Below, in pieces: positions 13,205 to 27,693 of a stretch of 64,000 nucleotides of DNA. The stretch's first letter is position 1. Every line of letters begins with the position of its first letter. A program made the position numbers and the translations under genes. This DNA is from Octopus sinensis (taxonomy: Eukaryota): the NCBI RefSeq assembly GCF_006345805.1, contig NC_043001.1:96968001-97032000 (forward strand). The letters are read 5' to 3'. The notes beneath the pieces were generated by a model. The model was not told the DNA's origin. It saw only the letters and a program-made list of their open reading frames with translations, and did no database searches.

Positions 13205-13475
13205 CAGGCACACACACACACACACACACAACACACACACGTATACACAGACATAAATATACATACTCGCACGCACATCGGCATTAGAGAATTTATACAT
13301 ATATTTTTCCTTCTCTGCTTCTTTTCTCTATATGTAAGCTTTAGTGTTAAGCAAAATAAATGAATCGAAAAAGCCTGTTGCAGGCAGAATACCAAAACAA
13401 AATCAAAACCAGAAAAGAAAATAATATATACTATTATATGAATGTGTGTTTTTATGTGTGTGTGTGTATGTTTGT

Positions 13476-13541
<66 letters not shown>

Positions 13542-15489
13542 GTGTGTGTGTGTGCGTAAATCACGAATTACAGAATATATGCCTTCAACTTTTCTTCGTT
13601 AGTGAAACGCATTAATTATATTACCCAACAGCGGAAACACTTTCTATCAAATTTACAAGATTCTTATTAAATTCCTCCTGCTTAATTCCCCTTCCTGTTT
13701 ACTCTTCTATTAACTAAAGTGGAATTTTCTGTTTCGCCGTTGGTTAGCATTTCAGTCATTGATTGTATTCCGTTAAAGCAACATTTATCAGTGAGTTAGT
13801 TAGTTAGTTAATTGTTTCGTGACTACCGGGAATAAGAATTGAAACTAGTGGCAAGTTACTAAATGTACATGAATCATTTGCTGCTAATGCACCTTCTACA
13901 TGATACGTAGGAACCTAATTACTGATTTGGTTGTTAACTAAGCTACGCTAACAATGTTAATCGACTCAACCGGTTTACACGATCCCGTTGGGTTAGTGGA
14001 AGTAAGCAAAAATGTTTTTCACTTGTAATAGAAATGAATGTTTTGTACATGTCTCCGGCGATCGTGTCAATTGCAAAGCATACAAGGTTAGCAGTACAAT
14101 GTAATTACGTATTATAACAATTTCGACCTAGGGAAACTTAATGGAATAAGACGATTTGCAGGAATTGAATTTCTTAGTCTTCTGATTTACTTTTCACGTT
14201 TCCATTTCATTCATGAGGTAAGTGCCCTGGTCAATAGCTTTTATAGACTCACTGGTTTAGTCAGACTACTTCATTGCTAGAGAACAATAAGCCGAATGAA
14301 ATTGATCATTAAATGGTATGATTCTGAAAATCTTTCAATGATATTAATTTATAAATAGTTGTTTTTCCAGTACTTCTCGTTGGCATAAATGTAAGAGTAT
14401 CGAAAGGAGAACGTAAGAAAGAAGGAAATGAAACGGAGCATAAATACCACGAGATGCGAGGAAAAGGAAAGGTGTTAGGGAGGAAGAAAGGAAAGAAGGG
14501 CGAATGAGAGGTAGTAGAGAAGTAGGGGGAAAGGAAAGAAAGTAACGTGGAGAATAAGTGAGAAGGAAATAAAGCAATATAGACAAGAAAGAGAGACGTG
14601 TTGGTGAGAAATATGAAACGAAGCAAATGCAAAACTCAGAGACACCATTAAAGGAGATTTGTTTCCGACAATAATTATTTTATTAAATTCAGTTGAGGAA
14701 AGTTCAAGAGCGGCGAAGATAATTAGAGAAAATATAGGTAAAAGTGTGGAATGGAGAAGAAAGAGAAATACATCTATAATTAGTAATTCAAAGATGGTGT
14801 GATATGGAGGGATAATATAAGAGGAAATCAGCGTAATGAATGATTAGATCAAGAAGAAGTATAAATGAGGGTCAGGTAGGAAGATAAGGAGATATTAAAT
14901 GATAGATATGTGTTACAAAATAAGATAAGAGGTGCGAAAACAGTCTCGACGAACGTGTATTCATTTTTATGTATAAATTACTTTACCGTTGTTTCTGATG
15001 TTTTCTGTTGAACCCTTTCATGTCTAATGAAATGATGCCTATATACATATGAAAATTGTGTGTATGTGCGTGTCTCCGTCTTGTATTTAGAAATTTAAAT
15101 AGATAAGGATGTCCCCAAGGGAGCTTCTCTCTTACTAAAAGCATATCATTCGTCATCACTTTGGCCAGTTATATATAACTGTAACGCTTTAATTTCGTTC
15201 GTGCTTTTATCAACATTTTTCACCAGTCGATCCAAAATTTTGCATGAGAACACGACATAGAGAATCAGAAAGTAGAACAGATAAATATAGAAATGGGAAT
15301 GCACTCATAAACAGGAAAAAGACATTCATATGAATCCAAGAAGTGGTCGCTGAAAGTTCCTGCAGAAAGACAGATTAATACTAGAGACAATAGATGAGAT
15401 TAATATGAATTTTATTTTAGTAATAAGAAAATAAGTAGGTAAATTCCTACTTAGAAGAGACTTACTAAGGACTTATATACATATATATA

Positions 15490-15536
<47 letters not shown>

Positions 15537-15550
15537 GTGTATATATATAT

Positions 15551-15581
<31 letters not shown>

Positions 15582-16389
15582 CATATATATGTATGTGTGT
15601 GTTGTGTGTGTGTATGTATGTATGTGTGTATGTGTGTGTCTGTGTATCTGTGTGTGTATACTTGTATACATTTGCGAGTGTATGTATAAAGTGGAGCAAA
15701 AGAAGAATTTATAAAAGTTCATAAAATTTATATTTATACAACTTACAAGATTCTTGTGTAACTGATATTCGTTCATTGTTAATGAAATGTGCGTAATATG
15801 GTGTAGCTAAATATTTTATAAACAAAATTTGCTGATTTGTCTAGCTTTCTGAATACAGTTTTCGGCTTATTTAGGCCCACCAAATGAAACTTGATTTACC
15901 TCCGTGTTTCCACTTTCCTTCAACAAAATTACATATAAACGTCTTAATAATTATTGATTGAAAATGAAATTTATATAGCATTAAGCATAATTTTCAAGTG
16001 TTGATATCGGTGCGTTGGACACGGGAAGAAAACTCCAGTAAAAATCCATGGCCTATTGAGAGTCTGAAGAAATGTTAATCCGACTAATTTGTTGTCTAAC
16101 GTAAATGCCGGTGAGTGCAAAAGGATTTTTTTTTACATAAACTTCGGTGGTGATAGCTACATCATTTACGAGTACTTCTTTCATCATCATCCACGATTTA
16201 CTTTGATGCAATTTCTCGACTGTCCATTAAAAAAGAAAAAAAGAAGAAATATTTTGTGTCGTGTCATACTGTCATATACAAAAGAGTAAACGGTGCGAAG
16301 AGCAGTCACGTAGAAAGTGTAATATACGATCTTTACATAAAATAATTTAACACTTTATGAAAGTATAAAGGAGAAACACGTGCACACAT

Positions 16390-18240
16390 ACATTATTATA
16401 GTTGGTGGAGGCTCGTTTTCCATGGGTTCGCATATGAGATTTGAGCCCAGCAAAGGACAGGTATGGTCAGTCACAAACTTATTGTCATTCAGCTTATTCA
16501 CAGCGAAATAAAAATCATTTAGCGTTGGTTCAAATGCCGTCTCTTCTATAATTGGAAGGTGTTCGATTTTTTTCTATCGTCCTCATGTCAGTGGATGATG
16601 ATTTATTCAAAAGTGAAGGAAATATTCTACCAAGCGCTTATGAATAGAAGCGGTGTCAGTTAGAAGCAAACATCCTTTTGCTGTTCTCAGTGGGGTTATT
16701 GAAGAAGGTTTTGGGCCATATACCGCCTTAACATAACAGTACAAACCATCGGCATCATTTCTATCAGCTGCTCTTTGTGCCCCTTTTGCTCTATCATTCC
16801 ATCATTCCTCTTTAATTTTCCTTAGAGCAGTCTGCAATTTCCTTTTCAGCTTTCTATAAGATTCGTTTGAGTTGGGTTTCAAGGACTGAGAAAGAAGTGT
16901 ATTGCTTAAGTTTTGTTGTTCTAAAAGTAGATCATGAATTACTACTGATCTGAGAACCAGTCACTGGACTTACGTGATTTAAATCCCACTGACGAACTTC
17001 CAGCCTAAAATATTCCCATAGATTGTTTGGGAGAAGATTGATACTTTCTATAGTATCTTGGAATCTTAGCAAGATGTTTGATAATTTAAAGTTTGCAACA
17101 TTAACTTTTGGGAACCCTAAAACCAGACTGTCGATTCTTAGGCATTATCGAAAAATCTGTTTCCACGCAGTAGACGATGGTCAGTCCAGCTCTCTGCCCG
17201 TCTCATGACCCGAATGCTAGAAACGTCTTTCATATCACGTTTTCTGTTCAGAATATAATCTATGAGATGCCATTACTTAGTCTTGGGTACATCCAGGTGG
17301 TTTTATATTTAGTTTTCTACTTAAACAGTGTGATGGTAACAACCAGAGTATTCTCAGTACAAACCGTCAAAAGATCTACTCCATTTTTATTACATTTTCC
17401 ACTCCCATGTTGACTTAAAACAGGCCATGAAACGTAGTCCTTCCCAACTCTTGCATTGAAACCTCCCAATATGACTAGCTTGTCAGAAATTGGCACTTTC
17501 CTCAATAATTGTGGTAGATCATCATAAAACTGTCCTACAGTTTCATAAGAATCGGACATTGTTGGTTTGGTGCATAAATACTGACAACGGTAAGAAACCT
17601 ACCTTTCGTCAGTTTAATACAGCATGACATGATCCGTTCAGATATACCACTTAGAAGCTCTGCAATGGAGGATACTAATGTATTCTTGAGAGCAAACTCA
17701 ACACCAGATTGCCTACGCTGACTCTTAGGTAGGCCTCTTCAAAAGATAGTATATCCATAAGTAGGTTAATTTACTTCACTCTCACCAGAGAGATGAGTTT
17801 CAGAGAGCGCAACTATATCAAGGGAATATTTCTTAAGCTCACATGCAATAAGTGCAGTACGCCTTTCTGGCATCTTGTTGAAATTATCATCAAGAAATGA
17901 GCGCACATTCCAACAGCCAAAATTCAAAGGATGTTTATTTTTACTTCTTCTGTTTAACCACAGTGCCAGGATGACGACCGGGCTCAGCCTGTAATAAACT
18001 GGGACACCTACCGAACCAAAACTATTGGCCCAAGAAGACTTTGTGTGTGACATGAAAATTGACAAAACCAGGAACTTCTAAGGCCTCGGCTTTTATTTCG
18101 GAGATTTCCCTCTCCTAGGTAGATTACCAACCAAGGTTACAGAGCTGCCCATAAGATAAGCTATCCCGTTTCAGACACCAAACCGACACTGAAGAACTCT
18201 ATAGAATGATCAAATATCATTCCGGTGACCGATGCGGAGT
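16390..18240 (-). mobile_element. RTE-clade LINE, degenerate: 5' UTR, APE endonuclease, linker and C-terminal motif, with the RT domain missing
   Basis: Minus-strand peptides NFGCWNVRS...ERRTALIACELKKYSLDIVALSETHL; LVILGGFNARVGKD...HGSGKCNKNGVDLLTVC; AQRAADRNDADGLYCYVKAVYGPK...PLRTAKGCLLLTD; and terminal SFAGLKSHMRTH (16457->16422). All are typical of RTE/BovB-like ORFs. Stops and frameshifts are present. Confidence 0.9.
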
Positions 18241-18523
18241 AGCTCATTCATACAGAGAAGGGAAAAGTACGATATCTGATCGGCAAATGTAAATAACAAT
18301 TAAATAGAAATAATATATATAATAATAAAAAAGTAAAATATATGTAATTGAAAATATAATTTAAATAAAATTTAAATAAAATATTTATATAGCAGTAAAA
18401 ATATGCATACATATACATATATGAAAAATGATATATATATATATATATATATATACATTTATAAATCTGCTGAGACTGGACTAGTCCGTCCAGTTCTGCC
18501 ATACTTTTTTGTGAATTGCAATT

Positions 18524-18650
18524 CTTCTTCTTCTTCTTCTTCTTCTTAGTCTTCTTCTTATTCTTCTTCTTCTTCTTCTTCTTCTTCTTCTCTCTTTCTT
18601 CTTCTTCTTAGTCTTCTCTTATTAGTCTTCTTCTCTGGTCTTCTTCTCTT
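18524..18650. repeat. (CTT)n imperfect microsatellite
   Basis: Direct reading. Confidence 0.95.
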
Positions 18651-18655
18651 TCTAT

Positions 18656-18713
<58 letters not shown>

Positions 18714-19025
18714 TGTGTGTGTGCGCGTGTGTGTGTATGTGTGTGTGTGTGTGTACCTGTCTGTGTCTAAAGTGTGGTGAAATTTGTTCTGCAGCAATAC
18801 TGCAGCCACATAGCAGACACGATCAAAAGAAAAAAGGCTGAAATTACACGTTAATAAATACACATACGTATATATATATATACATGCATATATACATACA
18901 TACATACATACCTACCTACATACATACATACATATATATATATATATATCATTACATGTATACATATAATGTGTGTGTGTATATATATATGTATGTATGC
19001 ATGTATGTCTAAGTGTATATATATG

Positions 19026-19075
<50 letters not shown>

Positions 19076-19555
19076 GTGTGAGTGTTTGTTATGTGTATGT
19101 ATCGATTGTATAGGTGTGTGCTAATGCAGACATGCTTACGCTCGAAAACAAAAACACGCACACACACACACACACACATGTGTGTATGTATGAATGTATG
19201 TATGTAAGCATATAAGATCCATTATAAATTTCAGAGTTTATAATTTTATAGTGCCTTGCATACTTCTCGCTTTGTTTAAATAGGGGATTGCAGCACGGGC
19301 AAAAACTCCTCTTGTTTTCGGTGCAATATTGTATATTTTAGGCAATATATAGACACACAAAGCGAAATCGAGTTATTATTCTGCGAAATGTTTGCACATC
19401 TATAGAAATTTGTTCAAATAATTTGTATATGTTTGACAATACAAGCAAAAGTGCCGGGGAACATATACTTATGTTTACTTTCGTAAATCCTAGAATAGCG
19501 CTTGTAGTGATTCTTATGACAAACTGGCATGTGTATATACCTGCATATATATATA

Positions 19556-19588
<33 letters not shown>

Positions 19589-20494
19589 TGATAAAAAAAG
19601 GTAATGTATATAAATGTATATATATAAATACCTTTTTATCAATATATGTATATATATATTATTGATAAAAAGGTAATGTATATATAATATATATGTATAT
19701 ATTTATATGTATGTATATGTGGTGTATAATATAATATAATGTATATATGTATATATATATAATGTATATATATGTGTATATATCATGTAGGTATATATGC
19801 ATATATACTATACACATATATATATATAATATATATAATATATTATATATATATCCATATATATATACATAGAAATCATATCTGCACACACATACATACA
19901 TATATATGTATTTTTATATCTATACATCTATAAATGTGTTTATGTATCTATATGTATATGAATTTATACATGCATATATATATATATAAATATATACATA
20001 TCTATAAATATATGCAGAAGTACATACATATGTATATTATGTATATTATATGTACGTATGTAAGCATGCGTGCCGTGCATTGTATATGGGTGTATATAAC
20101 TCTGTAGGCATATATATATGTATGTATATTTATTCTTGCGCAGTTATTTACACCCACCTCATTGAATTATTTTTTAAAAATAAAATTTCTTCAAAATAAT
20201 CTTTGTTTACTTTTGTGATTTTTTTTTTGTTTTTACTTTACTATTTCGTTGCTTTTTGTACATCCAAGTAAATTCCTTTCGGCAGAAATGGTTCGATTCT
20301 GCCATATTTCTTCGAACGTATTCTATTGTTTAGTTTTGTAGAATTGATGACTTTAAGAAACGCATATAATATTCATCAGAAAATTTTATATTCTTCAGAA
20401 ATTTTCATAAGCTGGAAGTATTAAGAAATAATGATAAATAACGATAAAATAAAATTACATTGCGCTTGGGAAAAAATTGTTTTTATTTTTTGTT

Positions 20495-20690
20495 GAGCTG
20501 GCGGAGCCGTTAGCACGCTGGGCGAAATATTTAGCGGTACTCCTTACGTTCCGTGTTCAAATTCTACCAAGGTCGACTTTGCCTTTCTTCGTTTCGGGAG
20601 CGATAAATTAAGTACCAGTTGCGTACTGTTGTCGATGAAATCGACTTGCCCCTTCCACCAAAATTTCAGGCCTAGTGCCTAAAGTAGAAA
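20495..20690 (+). mobile_element. SINE family B monomer
   Basis: gagctggcggagccgttagcacgctgggcgaaat...gttcaaattctaccaaggtcgactttgcctttc...gataaattaagtaccagttgcg. Confidence 0.8.
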
Positions 20691-20891
20691 TGACAAAAAT
20701 TAAATCCGTTATTATTATTATTATTGTTCTGTAGTTTTATTTTTATAACGTGCTTCCACTTCACTACCGAGCGCAGCTCTGTGTGCTTTGGGTTTGGGGT
20801 GTGATTTGTAGTGATGCTCTGATGGTTACTGCATTGAAAGTGTTCTGCGTAGGATGTGTGCAGTGCCTTATTATTATGATTATGATTATTA

Positions 20892-20927
<36 letters not shown>

Positions 20928-20928
20928 T

Positions 20929-21147
20929 GGCCGAGAGAGCGGTGCATGCCATCGAAGTGACACTGGAGTAAAATATACGAAAATGTCTGATAAGGGTACA
21001 CCGGTCACATGCATCAGAAGCACATGCACGTGACATGGTGATTTCATATCAAAATAAAAAGTGCATGACCTTGCAGGTGGGGCCCAATTAGAATTTCTTC
21101 ATGTCGAGTAGTCTATCCCACTCAAAAGGTCTCTGAATAAGGACTGT
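20929..21147. mobile_element. Interspersed repeat family D
   Basis: Starts right after (ATT)n. Shares ccttgcag...gagtag..tatccc.ctcaaaaggt with 39982-40050 and its first 45 bp with 5243-5290. Confidence 0.75.
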
Positions 21148-22441
21148 CTAATTTTTAAATTAGAATTGTCAGCATGCCTGGCGAAATACTTGATGATATT
21201 TCATCATTCTCTACTCCCTGAGTTCGAATACTATGAATGTTGAGCACTAGATCGATATAATCACCTGCCTTCTCCCACAAATTCCAGGCTTTGCTCCTAG
21301 ATTAGAGAGGATTATGATGGTTTTGTTATTTTTCTTCAAACTACTAAGAAAATATTCACGAGATTTTGTGTTTCTTCGTATATTTTCCACAATTTTCTCT
21401 TTACTTATATAGGAATTTTGTTGTTTACACTTTTAGTGAATTTGAATAAACTGCCTTATAAAACAACTATTATTTCGTTTTACGACGAACCCATATATCC
21501 AGTGTTTATGTAAACATCTATATTTTCCTTTAAAAAATAACATGGATTTCTTGTAAAGCTTGCACTCTGTAGAGGTGAATGAGAAGTTGCTAGTAATGCT
21601 AAGAATGCAGGGAAACTTTCGCTTGGTTTATGTCTTACAAAGACAAAAAATATATTTATAGAAATTGAAGATGCGAAGAATATGGCAACGGAATGCTGCT
21701 AGATTCATTTCTAATTTTACACAGACTGCAGGAAGAAAAAAAAAATTTACTATCACTAATGCAGCGGCAATAAAAATGTGAACAACGAAATGGACAGCAG
21801 GAAGAAGGACAACAACAGAACTGTCAAGAAACAAGACATACAGAAACAACAAAAGCATCGACGTCAACAACGACAAGTAATAAACGGATAAGTATCTTGT
21901 TTTGAAACTAGACATGGAAGGCATTTACACAGTAGTATTAGGAAGAATATCGGGATTGTGCAACCCGGAGTGAAGATGCGTTGTCCTGGAAGAGTAAACC
22001 CAATCTGAAAAGGAATTATGAGTGATTATAATTTTCGAAGTTATAAAATGCAGGCAAAAGTTGTTTGTTGCATGTCAACTCCAGCTCAAATAGACAAATG
22101 TCTTGCTGAAGTTGCTTTTATATACTTAATCCATCCATATGTAAACAGCACGGTATTGGCAGCCAACTACATCAGCGAGGAAAGTAAGTGATAAATGATC
22201 ACAACCCTTTGAAGCTCCCAGCATTTTGTTTCGCTGCCACTGTACAGCCGATTTTAGAAAACTGACCTCAAAATTACCCCCATTGTGCCACCTGACATTG
22301 AGGCAACCTGAACGATGGTGATTGAATAAAAGGTAGAGATAATTAGACTGAAATCCACCAATCCCAGATCTTGTGGAAAGAACTTCGTGGATCCCTGTTT
22401 TGCATGCTGCATACATACATACATACATACATACATACATA

Positions 22442-22473
<32 letters not shown>

Positions 22474-22496
22474 ATCTATATATATAGATATTATAT

Positions 22497-22570
<74 letters not shown>

Positions 22571-22574
22571 TATA

Positions 22575-22727
22575 GGCGCAGGAGTGGCTGTGTGGTAAGT
22601 AGCTTGCTAACCAACCACATGTTTCCGGGTTCAGTCCCACTGCAAGTGTCTTCTGCTATAGCCTCTGGCCGACCAAAGCCTTGTGAGTGGATTTTGTAGA
22701 CGGAAACTGAAAGAAGCCTGTCGTATA
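22575..22727 (+). mobile_element. SINE family A, 5' half (short internal deletion in the CORE-like part)
   Basis: ggcgcaggagtggctgtgtggtaagtagcttgctaaccaaccacatg...gggttcagtcccactgc...gacggaaactgaaagaagcc. Confidence 0.85.
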
Positions 22728-22798
22728 TATGTATATATATATATATTATAAGTATGTGTGATATTATATATATATATATAATATATATAATGGTGTTG

Positions 22799-22843
<45 letters not shown>

Positions 22844-23722
22844 TGTATATATATATGTAGAAAAAATATTTTCTTATCGTAAAATGTATGAAAATACCCC
22901 GTTCGTTCAGTTTCGCTCTCTCTCGGGAAACTCAGCCATGGATGTTTCGAGTCTATTTACTCTTGTCGATTAGATGTACGTAAGGGAGGCAAAACTGAAC
23001 GAATTGATAAAGCTTATAGCTTTATATATAATTCACCCAACACATTGACTTATTTGCGCCAGTAGATAGCTCGATCGAGAAAAATATCGGAGTAACTGCG
23101 CTAAGGAGTGTTTGCATATAATCACAATTTAGGTTAGTTGAAATATGTTTGTCACATATTTCAACTACTAAATGCAAATACACCGCAGTTGGGGTATATA
23201 TATATATATATAATATATTATATTATATATATATATATATATATATACATATGTATATACATAAGTATGTATGTATATATACATCTACGCATAGAAGATG
23301 GAAGAGTATGTGAGCAGAGCTGTCTGGTCATACGTAGAAATCCAAATGACACTTCTGCCGTATAAAAAACAGTTCACAGTTATGTATCTTAAGTTTGGGA
23401 ACACATGTTCTGAACATCAATCTCTATTGCTCATACAAATACCTCCTCCGGCAGGTACACGCATCGTGACACCGGAACAACAACGAGAAATATCATACTT
23501 AATAAGCATAAATTCTACTTCAGCCATAGAAAACTTATAACAGGAAAAGCAGAAAGAAGCCAAACGGTTCACTATACATCGTAAGAATTTTCAGAAATTT
23601 TCAAAATTTTCTTCGAATGAGGAAGGTGCGAAGGACGACTGGAAAAATTAGTTGCGAAAACAGAGTTGAATGATGAGAAAGGGCAGTGAGTAATGAGTAA
23701 GCAGCTAATTGATCCAAGAGCT

Positions 23723-23822
23723 NNNNNNNNNNNNNNNNNNNNNNNNNNNNNNNNNNNNNNNNNNNNNNNNNNNNNNNNNNNNNNNNNNNNNNNNNNNNNN
23801 NNNNNNNNNNNNNNNNNNNNNN
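23723..23822. other. Assembly gap (100 N)
   Basis: Exactly 100 Ns, a common placeholder for a gap of unknown size. Adjacency across it is unverified. Confidence 0.99.
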
Positions 23823-23904
23823 TGCAGTAATAAGAGGAGAATGAGGAGGGGAAGAGGGTAGTACTAGAAGAGAAAGTAAAGAAAAATACGGAAGAAAGAC
23901 AACA

Positions 23905-23938
23905 GCAATAATAATAATAATGATAATAATATATAATA

Positions 23939-23973
<35 letters not shown>

Positions 23974-23976
23974 TAA

Positions 23977-24007
<31 letters not shown>

Positions 24008-24120
24008 AAGAAGAAGAAGAAGAAGAAGAAGAAGAAGAAAAAGAAGAAGAAGATGATGAAGAAGAAGAAAGAGGAGCAGAAGGAGAAGAAAGAGGAGGAG
24101 GAGGGAAAGAAGATGAAACA
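23905..24120. repeat. Compound (AAT)n(AAG)n microsatellite
   Basis: Direct reading. Confidence 0.95.
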
Positions 24121-25108
24121 AGAAGACGACCTTACGATAACAATGCAAACAGTTTCTCTCCATTTTACAGTCTTAGAAATATGTTTGCATTAAATAATCT
24201 GCTCTAGAATATACTATTTATTCCAGCAAAGAAGCTAGGTGAAGTGATGGCTAGAATTCTGATGTTAATTGCTCTCCTAAATTAACGCTGAAGTTGGAGT
24301 AAAAGACAATATTTTTCGATATATAATAGATGAAATTTGAAGTATTTGACTGTGATGTGTATAACTCCAGGTCCAATACGTCCATTGAAAGTGAGTTCTA
24401 CTGCAAATGTTCGTTTCAGTAGTGTGACGTGTGTTTAATTTTCCATTTCGTCCATGTTATTGAAAAACCTAGTTCTACATACGCATGTACATTTGTAAAT
24501 GTAAATGAAGTGATGTGGATACACACAATGATTTGAACCAGAGCCTTAAGCATGGTTCACTGGGACGTCACTCTCTTTGGTGATTTAAACCAGTAGTAAT
24601 TTATTTTCCTTTAGTGTATATGTAATTGACTACAGAGCCTAACAGTTGCCTGAGTTTTGATTTAATAATCAATCTGTCTCTTTTCTTATTCAACATTTTC
24701 ACAAAAGCAAATAAAAGGGAAGACTAACTGAGCTCGTTTGGGCACATTAGAACAAGCTACAAGATAATGACAATAGTTATCTGCATGTGCAACAGATGAT
24801 TTTGCTAATTTACACCAAATCCTGTCTTCAATGAAGCAATTCAATTAAGCGAATTTAGTGAACAATCTGCATGATATAACTAACACGTTACTGATATCAT
24901 ACGAGTGAGTAAATTTCCGATACAATATTCTGGAGTTTCAATAAGCGTAATGTCTTTATGAACGACCGAAGAGGAAAACTGAAAATAGAATACTGTGCTA
25001 CGACAATTTTCTACCCTTTTAGATAGAGAATACTTAATAAACTCCAGCTGAATGCACATCTCATATATATATGTGTATTATATATATATAATATATATAT
25101 CTATATAA

Positions 25109-25141
<33 letters not shown>

Positions 25142-25371
25142 TATATAAATATATATAGATGTATGTATATATATTTCTATGTATATATATGTATTTATGC
25201 ATATATATAATATATTATATATATATATATATTATATATATACATATATATATGTAAATATATATTTAAACTCACACACACGTATATATAAGCATACTAT
25301 GTATGTGTGAGAGTGTAAGTTTGAATGTCTTTAGTGATGAGTATGCTATATATATGTATATATATAAATAT

Positions 25372-25413
<42 letters not shown>

Positions 25414-25453
25414 CTATACACATATATGTAATATATATGTATATGCATATATA

Positions 25454-25583
25454 GGCAAGCTGGCAGAATCGTTAATACACCGGGCGAAATGTTCAGCGGT
25501 ATTTGTGTGTCGTTATGTTCTGAGTTCAAATTCCGCCGAGATCGACTTTGCCTTTCATCCTTTCTGTGTCGATTAAATAAGTA
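25454..25583 (+). mobile_element. SINE family B, 3'-truncated
   Basis: ggcaagctggcagaatcgttaatacaccgggcgaaatg...gagttcaaattccgccgagatcgactttgcctttcatcc. Confidence 0.85.
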
Positions 25584-26448
25584 TGCATGAGTATATATAT
25601 GTGTATACATGTGAGTATGCGTCACTGAGTTTCATCACTATAATACAGTGGTATGAAATGCTTTAATTGACAGCCATTATCCCTGCAATTTGAAAATAAA
25701 TTCTCCCTTTAATCGATTTCAGCATACGCGCATATGTAGGAAAATATTTATCTCTAGCAATATCCACTAAAAATCAACTTTGGAAAATTAAGCTAATCGC
25801 AGGAATTTTTGCTAATATGAGCTGTCCTAAATAAACACGTTTCCACCTTATTCGACCTCAGTAGACAAGCATTTCAACATTTTCATACAATAGGGAATAT
25901 CGACTAATTTATGTAGAAATAGAGTGAATGCATCGAAGCTGATCATTAAGATCAACAATAGAAAGAGAAGAAAAATTCTCAAAGGCGCTTTTCGTGTGCT
26001 AAATACTCATGTGGGTGCGCCTCGCATCAGGTTCTCGTTTGATCTCCTTATTTCACTTTTTTTAAAAGATTATTTCTTCATATTTTGCGAATTAATCTCT
26101 TGAAGTTTGTTTGAAACACTAAAATATCGAGGTAATAACACCGATCATTTAAGAGTGTCCATCAATTAAAAGATATAAAGAGGTTCCAGCCATGTTTGAA
26201 TTCTAAAAGCACCGAGAAAGTGTATTAAATCCAATTATATCAGCTGATGCAAATTTTTGGAGAGCTAAAGCAACGCTGTTAGAAGTTAATCTTGTCTTTA
26301 AATTCAACAGATGTATTTCCATCTTGTATGATCGTATCAGCGATGCATATTTCCCTTTTGTTGGGAACAACAAGTGATTATAATGTGTGGAAATGGAGAT
26401 AAAGTGCTACCACTGTTTGTGAATGCAAATAACATATTCCCTTTTACC

Positions 26449-26850
26449 CTTTTACTCTTTTACTTGTTTCAGTCATTTGACTGCGACCATGCTGGAGCAC
26501 CGCCTTTAGTCGAGCAAATCGACCCCAGGAATTATTCTTTATAAGCCAAGTATTTATTCTATCGGTCACTTTTGCCGAACCGCTAAGTTACGGGGGACGT
26601 AAAAAACACCAGCATCGGTTGTCAAGTGTTATTGGAGGCACAAACACAGGCACACACACACACACACACACACACACCACACACATACACACACACACAC
26701 ACACACAAACACATACACACACACACTCATTTCAATGTCTCTCCATGAAATCCACTAAGAAGTGTTTCATCGGATCGTTGCCAAAGAAGAATAGACCGGG
26801 CCAAGTTGTCACGCTGTGGGATTGAACTCGTGAACATGTAAATAGCAAAC
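26449..26850 (-). mobile_element. SINE family A (well-preserved 3' half, decayed head)
   Basis: ttttacttgtttcagtcatttgactgcgaccatgctggagcaccgcc... at 26458; weak head similarity (gtgggattgaac) at about 26815-26830. Confidence 0.75.
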
Positions 26851-27127
26851 GTCTTTGTTTTCTTTTGTTATCCCTTTTCGGATTTAACACCGGAATATCT
26901 GTGAAAGAGCAGATCGATGAGGAAAGGAATTCCATCTAGGGCAAACTTGGTCTATTTTCTACCTCTATATTATGTATTGTATTTAAAGTGCCATCCCATC
27001 ATTTCTTTACGGCAGTACACCGTGAGAGATAGTTTACAACTATTTTTTATTGCAAAAGTTTAGGTATCCTTCCAGCTACTCGCTTAGTAGTTATCGTGTG
27101 TATATCAATATTATATCAGTATCATCC

Positions 27128-27186
<59 letters not shown>

Positions 27187-27693
27187 GTGTACAGTTAAAA
27201 TTGGAATAAAATTTTATACGAATTTGTCAAGTAGTTAGCGTGAAAAAGCTCATAAGAGAAATTTTTTCACTTAAATATATTTATTTATATTATATAGAGG
27301 GCATAAATCCCACAAGCGAGGAGGGACACCTAAAGTCAAAACTACCAAAATAAATAAACACATTGTACCGAATGCAACTCTCGAAGCAAGACACTTAAAA
27401 TCAAAATTCAGCTGTATATCACCGTGATTTCATAATTAATGCAGTAATGTACTTTTTAATCGTCAGTGCAAGGTTAACTCAAGATTTATAACGAATGAAC
27501 AAAATCGACACATATATATAATATGTTATTTACGTATGTATGTATTTATGTACATATGTATGTAAGCATATATATACGTATATATATATATATATATATA
27601 AAATATTATTAGAGACAAAACCACTATTTTGCAAAACAAACAAGGAAAGACTTAATCAATACATAAAATTTTAATAAATAGTCAAAAAAACCG

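Noticed and set aside
14162-14217. Possible exon ending in a strong AG|GTAAGT donor
   Set aside because: AT-rich 56-nt segment with an uninformative peptide; such sites are expected by chance in 64 kb.
21660-21740. Peptide IWQRNAARFISNF resembling the LINE RT C-terminal QRRAARF motif
   Set aside because: Single short motif with no supporting flanking similarity.
23287-23722. Non-repetitive stretch with short ORFs before the gap
   Set aside because: No recognisable domain or splice pattern, and it is truncated by the N gap, so it cannot be interpreted.
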